This document shows, piece by piece, positions 12,301-25,800 of a DNA stretch of 64,000 bases; the first letter of the stretch is position 1, and each line of letters starts with the position of its first letter. The stretch is from Octopus vulgaris (taxonomy: Eukaryota). The position numbers and the translations under genes were made by a program. The notes under the pieces were generated by a model. It had not been told where the DNA came from and did not search any database. It saw only the letters and a program-made list of their open reading frames with translations. Location: NCBI GenBank assembly GCA_951406725.2, contig OX597815.1, positions 18,910,001 through 18,974,000 of the forward strand. Reading direction: 5' to 3'.

Positions 12301-13318
12301 GAATAAAGGAATCAAACTGATATATCCTGTCTTCATCTACTGACACATCTCCATCATGCTGTGAAATCTAGCTGTTTAATTCATCACAAGGATATTATAT
12401 ACCCAGCCATTTCTCACTATACTTTTTGTAAATATCTCAAAATATACTTCAGTTTTATAAGCTTAATTTGGTCCGAGAGATGGTTAGTGCTATCTTCATT
12501 GGTTATTAGTAGGATTTTCAAGATTTCTTATATATATATATAAACCAAACTGTAGAGTGAGGAAATGGTTCCACTAACTATTGAAACGATCGGAACCACT
12601 GTCATTCCATCACTTCTGTAGTGTTATATTATAAGATATGCACATTAACCGCTTAAACGGTAAATTTCCTTAGTTTCACATTTTGTGTTGAACCTCTGCG
12701 CATTAATACAATACGAAATGAGATAGTCCTCCTTACATATTCTATTAGCCAAGATTTCACATAGAGTGCTAGCTGAGGTATTGGCCTGAATTTCCTAAAT
12801 CACGAAACACACACACACACACACATACACACACACAGACACACACACACATACATATTTATATATTACCAGAGGACCAATGTTAGTAACGTCAAGGAAA
12901 TCGACTCCAGTACTTAAATGATAATATATTGTTGACCCTTATAGGGTGACTGGTAAAATTGATCCCAGTGATCTTACAATGAGTTGCTGGTGCGCTACCA
13001 CGTCTAGTATCTACTACCTTCAAAATATTTCTTAACTAAAACCAATGACAACCAAAGACGAATGGAACTAGTAGCAACCTTTCCCTCTCAAAGCACTCCT
13101 ACCATCAAATATAAAACGGATGGAAGAATACACGAGGTTATGTAACCTTAGATACATTACGTCTGAAATTACAAAATTCGACGCCATGCTCTAATGCCTT
13201 TATAGATAGGTGTACTCAATCAATATGAGTGAGCATGACCTTGTGGGGAAGGTTTTGCTCTAGACGTGGTCTTACTTTGTGTTTTGAGCAAAATACTTCA
13301 TCTCAAGTTGTTCTACCC

Positions 13319-13470
13319 ATTTCTTTACTACCCACAAGGGGTTAAACACAGAGGGGACAGACAATGACAGACAGAAGGATTAAGTCGATTATATCGACCC
13401 CAGTGCGTAAGTGGTACTTAATTTATCGACCCCGAAAGGATGAAAGGCAAAGTCAATCTCGGCGGAATTT
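13319..13470 (-). mobile_element. Family B SINE, 3' portion
   Basis: Reverse complement of the family B 3' half; abuts the head of the next copy. Confidence 0.9.
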
Positions 13471-13695
13471 ACGGCGAGCTGGCAGAAACGTTAGCACGCC
13501 GGGCGAAATGCGTAGCCGTATTTCGTCTGTCGTTACGTTGTGAGTTCAAATTCCGCCGAGGTCGACTTTGCCTTTCATCCTTTCGGGGTCGATAAATAAA
13601 GTACCATTTGCGCACTGGGGTCGATATAATCGACTTAATCCCTTTGTCCTTGTTTGTCCCCCCTATGTTTAGCCCCTTGTGGGCAATAAAGAAAT
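13471..13695 (+). mobile_element. Family B SINE, full length
   Basis: ggcgagctggcagaaacgttagc..gagttcaaattcc..gcctttcatcctttcggggtcgataaa..gtgggcaataaagaaa. The central part resembles the Meta-SINE domain as I recall it (unverified). Confidence 0.9.
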
Positions 13696-14114
13696 ATATA
13701 TATTATGCTGAATCAATGCTTACTAAGGGATAAATAATAACAGCAACTATGAATCAACCATCTCACTGTTGTTTCATATCAATATTTATTTCAGTCGTCA
13801 CCAACCATAATACTGGCGTGTTTTGTTTGTTTGTGTCTTCGGATTAATAAAAGGTAGTTAATACTACTAAGCCTATCTTACGTACGAACTAGCTTAAGGT
13901 GATTAGTAATCTTCTATTCATGTTATGAATTAAATCTTGCTTGGATCGACTTTGCTTTTCATCAGTTGGATGTCGATGAAATAAAGTACCACTTAAAAAT
14001 GTTCGTAGATTTAATCGAATATATTCTCTTTCAAATTCATTATTTGTGCTTATGTTAAAACTCATTATTTACAATCAAAGTGCAATGGATGATAGAATCC
14101 ATATACACGCAGAG

Positions 14115-15379
14115 CGAGGGTGGTCTGAAAAGTCCATAGGCCCACAGTGAAGGAGTAATTCTAGAGCTGTGAAATCTTGCGTGCATTAATTCCAGTATTT
14201 CCTATTTATAACTACATTCTTTATTTCCAATTAAACTGACAAGTCAATGTTCAAATATTCAAAAGAAATTAGTAACGACTCCTTTTGAAAATCAGTAAAA
14301 TTTGGCATCGTTGTGTTAACAAGTACTAGCAGAAAAAGCGTTTAGCCCCCAAGGATATTAAAACTGATAGGGTCGCTACATTAGGGAATGACACTCCAGC
14401 TTTATCAACACTGCGAAAGTAGTCAGCTCAATTTATGAGGGGAATGAAGAGTCTTGAAAATTACCCAAATTCTGGACGTCCTGCAACTGCCACCATTGGT
14501 TATGTTCACCAAATGATGATGCATGACATGCGATTGGCCATAAATCAAATAGCCAATGCTATTAACTTATCTCGTGAGAGTGTTGAGAATATTCTGCACA
14601 ATGAACTTGGATAGACGAAAGTTTCTGTTCGGTGGGCCCCACTTCTTCTGAAAGCTGCTAAAAAGCGAACGAGGCTGATCAAATCACGGAAAAATCTGAC
14701 ATTGCTTGTGAAAGATCCAGCTGGTTTCCTTGAACATTTCCTAAGTGGCGATAAATATTGGGTTCATGACTTTGAGCTAGAGACAAAGAGACAATCCATG
14801 CAGTAGAAACACCCCCTCTTCACCTTCTCCAAAGAAGGCCAGAATCGATTCATCTGTAGGGAAGGTGAGGGCGTTAGTTTCTTGAGATGCAAAAAGTATT
14901 GTTGACTATCTTCAACAAGGCCTCGCCACCAATGGAGAGTACTATGCCAACTTTCTGAGGCAGTTACGAAATGCTATTAAGACCAAACACTCAGGAAAAC
15001 TGACGAAACGAGGCTTGTTTCACCAGGACAATGCTCCAGCACACAAGTCCTTGGTATCAATGGCTGCTGAGCGTGACTGTCTTTTAGGTAGATCACCCTT
15101 CCTATTCTCCTGATTGTGCTCCGTCTGACTATCAGCTTTTCCCCAACATGAAAAGATAAACCACTCGGCTTGGAATCAGTATCGAAATGCCAATGACGTC
15201 AGATCTGCTGATGACGACTTTTTTAATCAAGTTTTTTCGCCAATTGGCTCCAAGCACTGCAACACCGATGGAAGAAGTATGTGGACCGCAAGGAGGACAA
15301 TGTTAAAAAAATAAGCCTCATTCGGTAGCATTTCATGAGAGTGCTTTGGTCAGCCTATGAACTGTTCAGCCGACCCTCG
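14115..15379 (+). mobile_element. Full-length decayed mariner transposon (second lineage)
   Basis: Imperfect TIRs cgagggtggtctgaaaagtccataggc / gcctatgaactgttcagccgaccctcg followed by TA. Motifs RWAPLLL, SGDKYW, FHQDNAPAH and YSPDCAPSDYQLF with stops and frameshifts. Confidence 0.92.
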
Positions 15380-15649
15380 TATTTAGATATATAAAAATTT
15401 ACGTGTTCAACTCCCACTTATAATGATTTCGCTTCTCGTTCCTCTGAAAGTTATATAAAAAAAATTAAATAAGAATACACGGAACTGTTTCAGTGGAATA
15501 CACACACACACGCAAACACACACGCACGTACACACAACACACACGTGCGCGCACACACACAAATATATGTGTATGTGTGTGTGGGGGGGGGGGACAATGT
15601 GCCAATGCACAAAATATTTAGTATAAAGTTTGTAATTAGATCACACACA

Positions 15650-16020
15650 ATTTCGGGGCAGAGGTAAGTCGTTTACATCGACCCACAGTGCACAACTGAT
15701 ACTCATATAATCATCCCCAAAAGGATGAAAGGCAAAGTCGACCCCGGCGGAATTTGATCTCCGAACACAACGTCGAAAGGAATACCTGTTTCTTTACTAC
15801 CCACAAGGGGCTAAACACAGAGAGGACAAACAAGGACAGACAAACGGATTAAGTCGATTACATCGACCCCAGTGCGTAACTGGTACTTAATTTATCGACC
15901 CCGAAAGGATGAAAGGCAAAGTCGACCTCGGCGGAATTTGAACTCAGAACGTTATGACAGACGAAATACCGCTAAGCATTTTCTCCAGTACAGTAACTAT
16001 TGTACCAGCTCACCGCCTTG
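15650..16020 (-). mobile_element. Two adjacent family B SINE copies
   Basis: aaggatgaaaggcaaagtcgacc..ggcggaatttga occurs twice (~15721 and ~15905). Confidence 0.88.
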
Positions 16021-16329
16021 TCCACACACACACACATATATATTGTGGTCTGTATGCAGTACGATAAGGCTATACATGGAAAAACCTATAGCAATAGATT
16101 ACGTACGTATAGGTATCTTAGCGTATGACCCAAGTTGTCACAGAAGGTCGTTTTTCTGTAAGGAAACACTAGCGTTGAACCTTTTATGCATTCTGCCATG
16201 TTAGTTTTTACTCAACCCAAATTTGTGAGTAAAACTGAGTAGACGGAAACTGTGCGGAAGCTCGCTAATTAAACAGTGTTTGTAATTCGACGACTTAGAC
16301 TTGTTACACAAGACCTACTGTTGTTACGT

Positions 16330-16580
16330 TTTTAAACGTAGGAGAGTCCAGTTTGCTGGACATTGTTGTAGAGCTGAAAACGAGGCAATTTCCACTCTTC
16401 TTCTCTGGAAGCCATCTACTCACGATACCAGAAGGCGCACACTCTCCTACCGTGATGTAATCTCCAGGTATACAGGCATCCAGCAACAGGACCTCCGTAA
16501 TGCTATGTTGGACCGTGAAGTCTGGCGTAGCATAGTAAATTCCATTGTCTCGACCCACGGTCGAACAATGATGATGCTGT
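16330..16580 (+). mobile_element. RTE-clade LINE 3' fragment
   Basis: KRRRVQFAGHCCRAENEAISTLLLWKP...AMLDREVWRSIV matches the RTE C-terminus pattern (RR.laGHv.R ... DR..WR); short (GAT)n tail. Confidence 0.8.
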
Positions 16581-16724
16581 TGTTACGTTTACTACTACAT
16601 GACTATATAAGGAGCACAATTGTCGTCTTAATACAATAAGTAGGTTGATCAGCTGATTGAATCACTAGAACGAGCTAAACAGTCACCTTTAAGAGACTTT
16701 AATTTGAAACAAGTGACAAGATAT

Positions 16725-17044
16725 GGAAGCACTCCGTCGGTTACGACGATGAGGGTTCCGGTTGATCCGAATCAACGGAACAGCCTGCTCGTGAAATTAA
16801 CGTGTAAGTGGCTGAGCACTCCACAGACACGTGTACCCTTAACGTAGTTCTCGGGGATATTCAGCGTGACACAGAGAGTGACAAGGCTGGCCCTTTGAAA
16901 TACAGGTAAAACAGAAACAGGAAGTAAGAGTGAGAGAAAGTTGTGGTGAAAGAGTAGAGCAGGGATCACCCCCCCCCTGCTGGAGCTTCGTGGAGCTTTT
17001 AGGTGTTTTCGCTCAATAAACACTCACAATGCCCGGTCTGGGAA
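16725..17044 (-). mobile_element. Family C SINE, 5'-truncated, tail type 1
   Basis: Shares its body with the 38756, 41178 and 44480 copies; TSD tgacaagatat (16714-16724 / 17045-17055). Confidence 0.9.
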
Positions 17045-17354
17045 TGACAAGATATAGATAACAATACAAAGAAAGGAATTTAATGTCTAGAAGCTACCAG
17101 TTGCAGACAGGTATTTTGTCTATAGTAACAATGAATTCAGTGTTTGGTGTTTTGACCCTTCCTATAACTATTGTTTCGCCCTTGGAAAGACCTATAAGGT
17201 TGGTTGACTATGATGTGTAGTGTTATGAAATAGGAGATGAAGGTGACATGGTTCAGCTTGCAGTCAGGAAATGGTCTCTCTAATTTAGTGGATCAGTGAT
17301 CAATGGCGTGTGGCAATGAAAAGGTGAGGTAGATGAACAGATAGGCAGAGATCC

Positions 17355-17714
17355 AGAAAGAAGAGAGAGTAAGAGAGAGAGAGAAAGAAAGAGAGTGAAA
17401 GAGAGAGAGAGAGAGAGAGAAAGAGAGTGAAAGAAAGAGAGGGGAGAGGGAGAAAGAGAAAGAAAGAGAGTGAAAGAGAGAGAGAGATGGGAGAGAGAAA
17501 AAAGGGAAGAGGGAGAAAATTAGGTTGAGGAGGTTGAAGACGAGAAAGAGAGAGAGAGAGAGAGGGAAGAGGGAGAAAATTAGGTTGAAGAGGTTGAAGA
17601 CGAGAAAGAGAGAGAGAGAGAGAGGGGGGAGAGAGAACATGAGGTTGAAGAGGTTGAAGACAGAAAACAGAGAGAGAGGGGGGAAGGGAAGAGGGAGAAA
17701 ATGAGATTGAAGAA

Positions 17715-17753
<39 letters not shown>

Positions 17754-17780
17754 AGAGAGAGAGAGAGAGAGAGAGTGAAT
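17355..17780. repeat. Polypurine (GA)-rich tract containing a ~60-bp tandem unit
   Basis: gagggagaaaattaggttgaagaggttgaagacgagaaag(ag)n repeated three times plus a partial copy from ~17509. Confidence 0.85.
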
Positions 17781-17899
17781 GAAACATACATAAATTGAAT
17801 GACAAAGATAGGCAGGTATGAAATACAGAAAGAGAAAACGTCTGAGAAAGAAACGAAGTGAATTATGACATACAGTGAGACAGAATAGACAGAATAGAT

Positions 17900-18843
17900 A
17901 GATAGGTGCCAGCACGCGCACACTCATTCACACACACACACATACACAACACACATATAATATATATGCACACACAAACACACACACACACATATACATA
18001 ATTGCGCGCACGCACACATACACACGGACATATAAATGTGGGAAACATACGCACATCCAATTATTTAACCTGAGTGAAATCAAGACTAAAATATATCCTA
18101 TATTTGTAATTATAGATCACCGTCTTGACAGACAGACAGACGGAGAAGAACGATAAGAAGACGAACAGACAGACGTACAGACAGAGAGAGAGACAGACAG
18201 ACAGCGAGACAGACATACAGACAGAGAGACAGACAGACAGACAGATTGATATATTGATAGATATATAGATATGTTTCTTTATTAGCCACACATGGCTTTC
18301 ACACAGACAGGACAAAATTACAAGGTAGAGCTTTTCTTTTGGGAGTAAAAGAAGGGGGTTTGGTTTTCGATCAAAAGGGATCGTAAATGGAAAGAAAGAG
18401 GACAAAAAAAAGGGGGGGAAAAAATAAAAAAAAAAAAAAAAAGATGGATGTGTAGATAGATAGCCATTATGAAATAGGAACAGGTAGATTGAATAATCGA
18501 CGGATTCGTTAAAGGAATGAACGATAGCAAAAGAGAAATACAGTATCCAAGCAGATGGATGAATACATAGCTGGACGTGAGTGTATGTGTGTATGCAAGT
18601 ATACATATATGTGTATGTATGTGTGTGTGTGTGTGTACGTGCGCTTTTGTGTGGGCGCGCTTGTGGGCGCGTACGCGTAATATATATATATTTTGTTAAA
18701 AGGGTGAGTCCAACACACCACGTTTGGTTTCGTTCGAGAACCTCCTGATCGGTTCTCGCGATGTTCCACTTGACAGATAACTCTGGGTTCTATCTGTGTT
18801 ACACAAGTGTAGGAACGGACTATTTTGAGTATTTATGTCTATG

Positions 18844-18912
<69 letters not shown>

Positions 18913-20920
18913 AGGTTATGTGCATCTGTCTGTCTGTCGTTCAGTCTATTTTCCGTTCTTCCTCCATATTTTTTATGTTTGTATATATGCATATGTATAT
19001 ATGTATGCGTTCATACACATACACACACACACTCACACTCTCTCTCTCACACACACACACAAAGAAAGACAGAGAGACTAACAGAAGCGCAAGCACACAT
19101 GCATATACATACATATATAGAGACACGATTTGGAAACGTTCACAGTGTGCGTATGAGAGAGAGAGAGAGCGAGAAAGAGAAAGAGAAAGAGAAAGTGAAT
19201 GAGAAAGAGAGAGAGAAAGAGGGAGAAAGAGAGAGAGAGAGAGAGAGAGCCAGAGATGTGCAGACATCCAAAGATAGAGATGATCAGAAAGATATAGAGA
19301 GGTTATAAGGCAAAGCAGAATGAGAGACAAATAACAGATATACGGGCAGGCAGACAGACAGACACACAGACAGACAGACAACCGTAGAGTCTTTCCACAG
19401 AGATTCACGTGTTTTTCTCTGTACGCACCTAAGTGTACATGTTGACTGGAACAGCGGTGAGAGGGGGAGTGGGAGACACAGAATCGTCTGGCAATTGAGA
19501 TAATGTTGATTGACAGCTAAATACAGCTTCTAACGTTTTACCGACACGACAACGTACACATTGACGTGGGGGGTGCCTTCTACGTTTATCCTTGATACAC
19601 GTACACACTCATATAACCACGTCCGTGTGTGTGTGTGTGTGTATGTGTGTGTGTGTGTGTGCATGTATTCATACACACACACATACATATATATGTATAC
19701 ACGCACTCACAGGCACGCATGTAATATACTAAGCACATTCACACCTACACGTACACACCCACACAGACGCACGTACGCCCATGCCTTCACGCACAATAAC
19801 TACACAGATGCATATATATATTTTTTTTTTACACGTACAGATAAAATATATGGACCTATCTAATATATCCGTATGTGCTTATTAGCTTACGCGCATTCAT
19901 AGATGCATGCATACACACATGCATGTAAATCCAGACACTGTTACACTCAGCATCAGGTCGTTGCACAGACTAGGCATAGTAACGCGCGCAGATACAAGCT
20001 CAGGCATACAAACACACATACCTTAGACGTCATATACGTCACACGTCCACACACGCACACGCACACATAGTCGGGCAACAGCGCGCGCACACAAACCAAG
20101 CCACGCGCACACTTACAAGTAATAAAGTGTTGTTTTCTTTGAGAAGGCGATTCATAAAACGGTATTGTACAGGCTAGAATTTTCGCATCCAAATGAAACT
20201 TCTTCACTAATTATTCTTTCTTTAATTTACCGTTGTTGAAATGACATTTTATCGATGAAGTTAACTGCCTAACCTGGCATCAAAATCTTAACTCAAACAC
20301 CCACACATACATACATACATACATACACGCATACACGCACGCATATATGTATATATATATATAGACACACACATACACCCATATATGTGTGTATACATAT
20401 GTATATATATATATATGAATGAATGCGATATACATATATCTTACGCTGACCAACGAAAATAATTAATATATGTATACATATACATACATATATGTATATG
20501 TATACATATATATATAAGCAAACACATAACATACCAAATTTACTGTCACCAAAAATTTGGTACTGTGGATATTTACATGTAACGGCTGATATATGAGGTA
20601 AGAATAAATATTAGTGTGTAGACTGTGTGTACATATATATATATATAAATATGTATATAAATATATAGGTTGTCTAGGTGTTTGTATGTGTACATATATA
20701 TATATGTGTGTATGTATGAGTGAACCTGTAGGTGCATGTACCATTTAATTACCAATATTCTACCTGTTACAGCACCTTCTCTTACCAAATTTGTTCCACT
20801 TTCGTCCAATATATAAGAAATCATTCATTCATAATATATGTGTATTTGTATGTCTATTCATACACACACATGTATACGTATAATTATATAGACATATACA
20901 TATATATACACACAGACACA

Positions 20921-20959
<39 letters not shown>

Positions 20960-20963
20960 CATA

Positions 20964-21000
<37 letters not shown>

Positions 21001-21014
21001 CATATATATAATAC

Positions 21015-21055
<41 letters not shown>

Positions 21056-21106
21056 CATATATAATATATATATATAATACATATATAATATATATATATA
21101 TATATA

Positions 21107-21177
<71 letters not shown>

Positions 21178-21477
21178 GTATATAATATATATATATGTAT
21201 ATATCTTTCGTCGGTATATAGATAGATGTACAGCACACACAACCATAACATTGGCTTTTAATATTCCAGGTGTACGTGTTTCCTCTGTCCGTCCTTCCAC
21301 TGTAATCACCAAAGCACCCTTTATATTGTATAAACCCCCATTCAGTGCCAAGCAGCAGCAGTAGCACCACCAGCAGCAGCAGCAGCAGTTAAATATCCAG
21401 GGCCATTCACCCGAAAATCAGAAGAATTTACAGGAATAGGGGATTGGGGGAGTAAGCAATATTAAACAACAATATCT

Positions 21478-21559
<82 letters not shown>

Positions 21560-22913
21560 AGTCGCTTGCTGTTCTGATTGCGACCTAGTCACTTATTTGC
21601 GACTATAATGTTGCAGCTGACTCCGACAACGATGACAACCATGATGATGATGATGATGACGATGACGATGGCGACAGTAATGACGTTACGACGACGACGA
21701 TGACGATGACGATGACGAGGGAAGATGACGACGAGGATGATGAAGCTCAGGTTCTCGGCTGCTGCTGCTGCTGCCGCTGCTGCTGCATCTAGAGAGCCGT
21801 AAAAGCCGGATCTTTTGGAAACCCCATCTCGATCTTTACAAAAACGTATTTGTTCCTTTATCTAAAAAAAAAAAAAAAAATATGCATTGTCGCTGCTTGT
21901 CACAATAACGTCATAATAAGCATCAACAGCAGCAACAAGAGCCACTACTACTACTACTACTACTACTACTGATATTACTACTACTACTACTGCTGCTTCA
22001 ACAAATGATGCTAAACATACGAATCACTGTTGCTGTGACTGCAGTTTGCAGTTTAACGTATGCTAGAATTTATATTTCTTCATTCTTTCTGTGAATCTCT
22101 ACCAAGAAATCTTTCAGAAACTGAACCTAGATATATCGGGAATTTAGTTGTCTTTATTGTCGATTTAGTTATAAATTGACTTTAAAAAACAAAACAAAAA
22201 CACAGGTGGTTGCAAGTTGTGACATTATTATTTACGCAGATCCTTACATAATTTCCTGTTCGGCACTGATTTCTCGATGTAATACTTTTTTTTTTTTACC
22301 GTACATCTTTTCATTTTTTTTATTATCGATTACTCTCATGTATTTTTGTCGTTTTTTTCTCTTTTCTTCTTTCCTTTATTTTTCGCACATTTACATGTGA
22401 CTTCTGGTTCTGAAAAATAAATGTATCGAAAAAAAATTAATTTTCAGTGAAAAAAAAAAACCATGTTATGGTTGAACATCGGCTCATCTACACCAAACAC
22501 ACATACACACAAGAACACATGTTCAACAATTATTGGAAATTTAAATATATTTTTCAAATTGTCAGAGGAATAAGTACCGGAAAAAGTAATTGGGTCGATA
22601 TGGACCATGGATGGTCGTACGCTCTAGATACACACTCCAGTAAAATATTTCTTGTATAATATTTACATCGATTCAAATTAGTCAACCAGAATGACCCTCC
22701 TAAGTGTAAATGCTAAATCAGATCCGGTGAACATTTAATAAATATTTGTATCATTCTCCAATAATAATCAATTTCGGTGAAACCAAAAATATAAATAATA
22801 CTAATGATAAAAAACAAAAACAAAATGAGATTGAGATAACTCTATTTAAACTTAAAAGAGAAAATGTCCTAATTTCTAAACAGGATAAGGTTTAGTACTG
22901 AAAGCAACATGTA

Positions 22914-23011
<98 letters not shown>

Positions 23012-23013
23012 CG

Positions 23014-23044
<31 letters not shown>

Positions 23045-23115
23045 GTATGTATAGATACGCATGTATTTATGCATTTATGTATTTAGGTATATTCATAAGT
23101 GTGTTTATGTGTTTT

Positions 23116-23160
<45 letters not shown>

Positions 23161-23404
23161 ATATATATCTATATATATATAAACATACATATATATATAT
23201 ATATATATTTATATGTGTGTGTGAGTCTGTGTGTATTTATATATACATTTGTATGTGGATGTATAAATGCGAGTGTATATATATATATATATATATATTG
23301 CACACATATACATATGTTGCTTTCAGCACTAAGCATTATCCTGTTTAGAAATTGGGACATTTATATATAAATGTAGGTATATTTATACGGGTGTGTATGG
23401 GTGT

Positions 23405-23491
<87 letters not shown>

Positions 23492-23658
23492 CATACATAT
23501 ATATATGTATGTATGTATATGTGTATATAGCAACATGTATATATATATATATAATATATATATATACATATATACACATACATATACGTGCATATATATA
23601 TGTATGTATGTATATGTGTATATAGACACACGTATATATATATATATATTTATATAGA

Positions 23659-23743
<85 letters not shown>

Positions 23744-24132
23744 CGAGAGACAGACAAAGAAAGTGGCATACAAGACATTTTTACAGTATGATACCTTTGT
23801 TCCTATTCACCTGATAAACATGGTGGTTAACCGTTGAAACCCTTAAACATATTTAATGTTATAACGCCCACATGACAGAATGCTTTCTTATTTCCCGTAA
23901 ATTCTGATTCGATTTCTCGGAGTTGTGACATGAAAACTCTTAATCGATTATTCATTGAAGATCGTGACAAGAACACCTACACTCACTTTCAGGACGACGA
24001 CCATTTTCAAATACAAATCTACCCACACCCTCCCACCCTTCTCTTCATCACTGGCTTTACCAAACTTCTCCAATCATCTTACACATTCTGTAACACTCTT
24101 CCTCTCTCTGTCTCTCTCTCCCTGTAAACATG

Positions 24133-24177
<45 letters not shown>

Positions 24178-24250
24178 TTATATATGTGTGTGTGCGTATG
24201 TGTTTCTGTGTCTATACAAATATATATATGTAATGGTCTGTGTATGTATG

Positions 24251-24311
<61 letters not shown>

Positions 24312-24517
24312 ATATATATATATGATGTTGATACATAGACACATGTATACATACATACGTACAAACAAACATATATATATATATATACATATATATAGAT
24401 ACACACTGAAGCCCTAGCACTGCATCACCTCAGTGGCTTCACCTACTGACATTTTAAAAAGATTTCTGTATATGTGTGGGTGTATATATATATATATATA
24501 AAGATAAATATAGCTAA

Positions 24518-24596
<79 letters not shown>

Positions 24597-24599
24597 TAA

Positions 24600-24638
<39 letters not shown>

Positions 24639-25078
24639 CATACGTACATGTACGGACGTTTATGTATGTATGTAGATATGTATGTATGCATGTGTATAAA
24701 TATTTACGTAAGTATGTATGCATATGCTTGTACATGTATGTGTATATGTGTATGTGTATGTAGGTATGTATGTATGTATGTATGTATGTATGTATTTACA
24801 TGAGATTTTCCACTTTCATTTATCGAGTAGTCTCTTCTTTCTCAAGAATAACACCGTCTCAATTCTGTTCACTTCCGAAACTAAAGATTGTTTTAACTAG
24901 AGATTGAATTTGCAATTTTTCTTTTTAATTACATACACATATACTTACACAGCCATCCCAAACCCATACATACATACATATATAGGATTGAATTTGAGAG
25001 TTTGTGTGTGAATGCATGTATGTATGTATATATGAATGTAAATCAACCGTGATAGATATATAATAACCATTTCCCATA

Positions 25079-25147
<69 letters not shown>

Positions 25148-25179
25148 TATATATATATATGTATATATATGTATATATA

Positions 25180-25215
<36 letters not shown>

Positions 25216-25341
25216 TATATCTATGTATATATGCATATATGTATGTATATATGTGTCTATGTATGTATATATGTATATACACACATGTATATAGATATAT
25301 ATGCATATATATATACATAGATATGCATATATATATAGATA

Positions 25342-25415
<74 letters not shown>

Positions 25416-25626
25416 TAGATAAACTTAGATATGTTTCGACCAAAGATTGGTCCAGGCCATGTCTAACTTAATAGCACATATATAAATGTATGTATATATA
25501 AATATACATAATCATTAAAATATATGTATACATACATATATACACACATACATGGATACACACACAGACACACACATAAACAAAATTTTAGATTATCTAT
25601 TATTCCTTCTCTGAGCATCTTATTAA

Positions 25627-25713
<87 letters not shown>

Positions 25714-25800
25714 GTACATACATACATTTTTATACATGTGTATGTGTGTTTAATGCATGTACATTTGTGTGAGCTTTATCCTTTTATGTGAGGTGTATGC
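17900..25800. repeat. Dense microsatellite field: (CA)n, (TA)n, (GA)n, (GACA)n, (GATA)n, (TATG)n, (CTA)n, with short unique islands
   Basis: Directly visible; source of most YI/CV/TH-rich ORFs in the track. Confidence 0.95.
22862..23362. repeat. 49-bp unique-sequence inverted repeat flanking an (AT)n array
   Basis: aaatgtcctaatttctaaacaggataaggtttagtactgaaagcaacat (22862-22910) matches the reverse complement of 23314-23362 with about 4 mismatches. Confidence 0.92.

Noticed and set aside
18695-18712. Consensus splice donor G|GTGAGT
   Set aside because: Upstream sequence is microsatellite with no acceptor or exon evidence.
25412-25470. Minus-strand gacca(atctt)tggtc-GAAAC-ata-TC hammerhead-like half
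   Set aside because: The CUGANGA box is absent.
17293-25772. Dozens of YI/CV/TH/LS-rich ORFs
   Set aside because: Translations of dinucleotide and tetranucleotide repeats.
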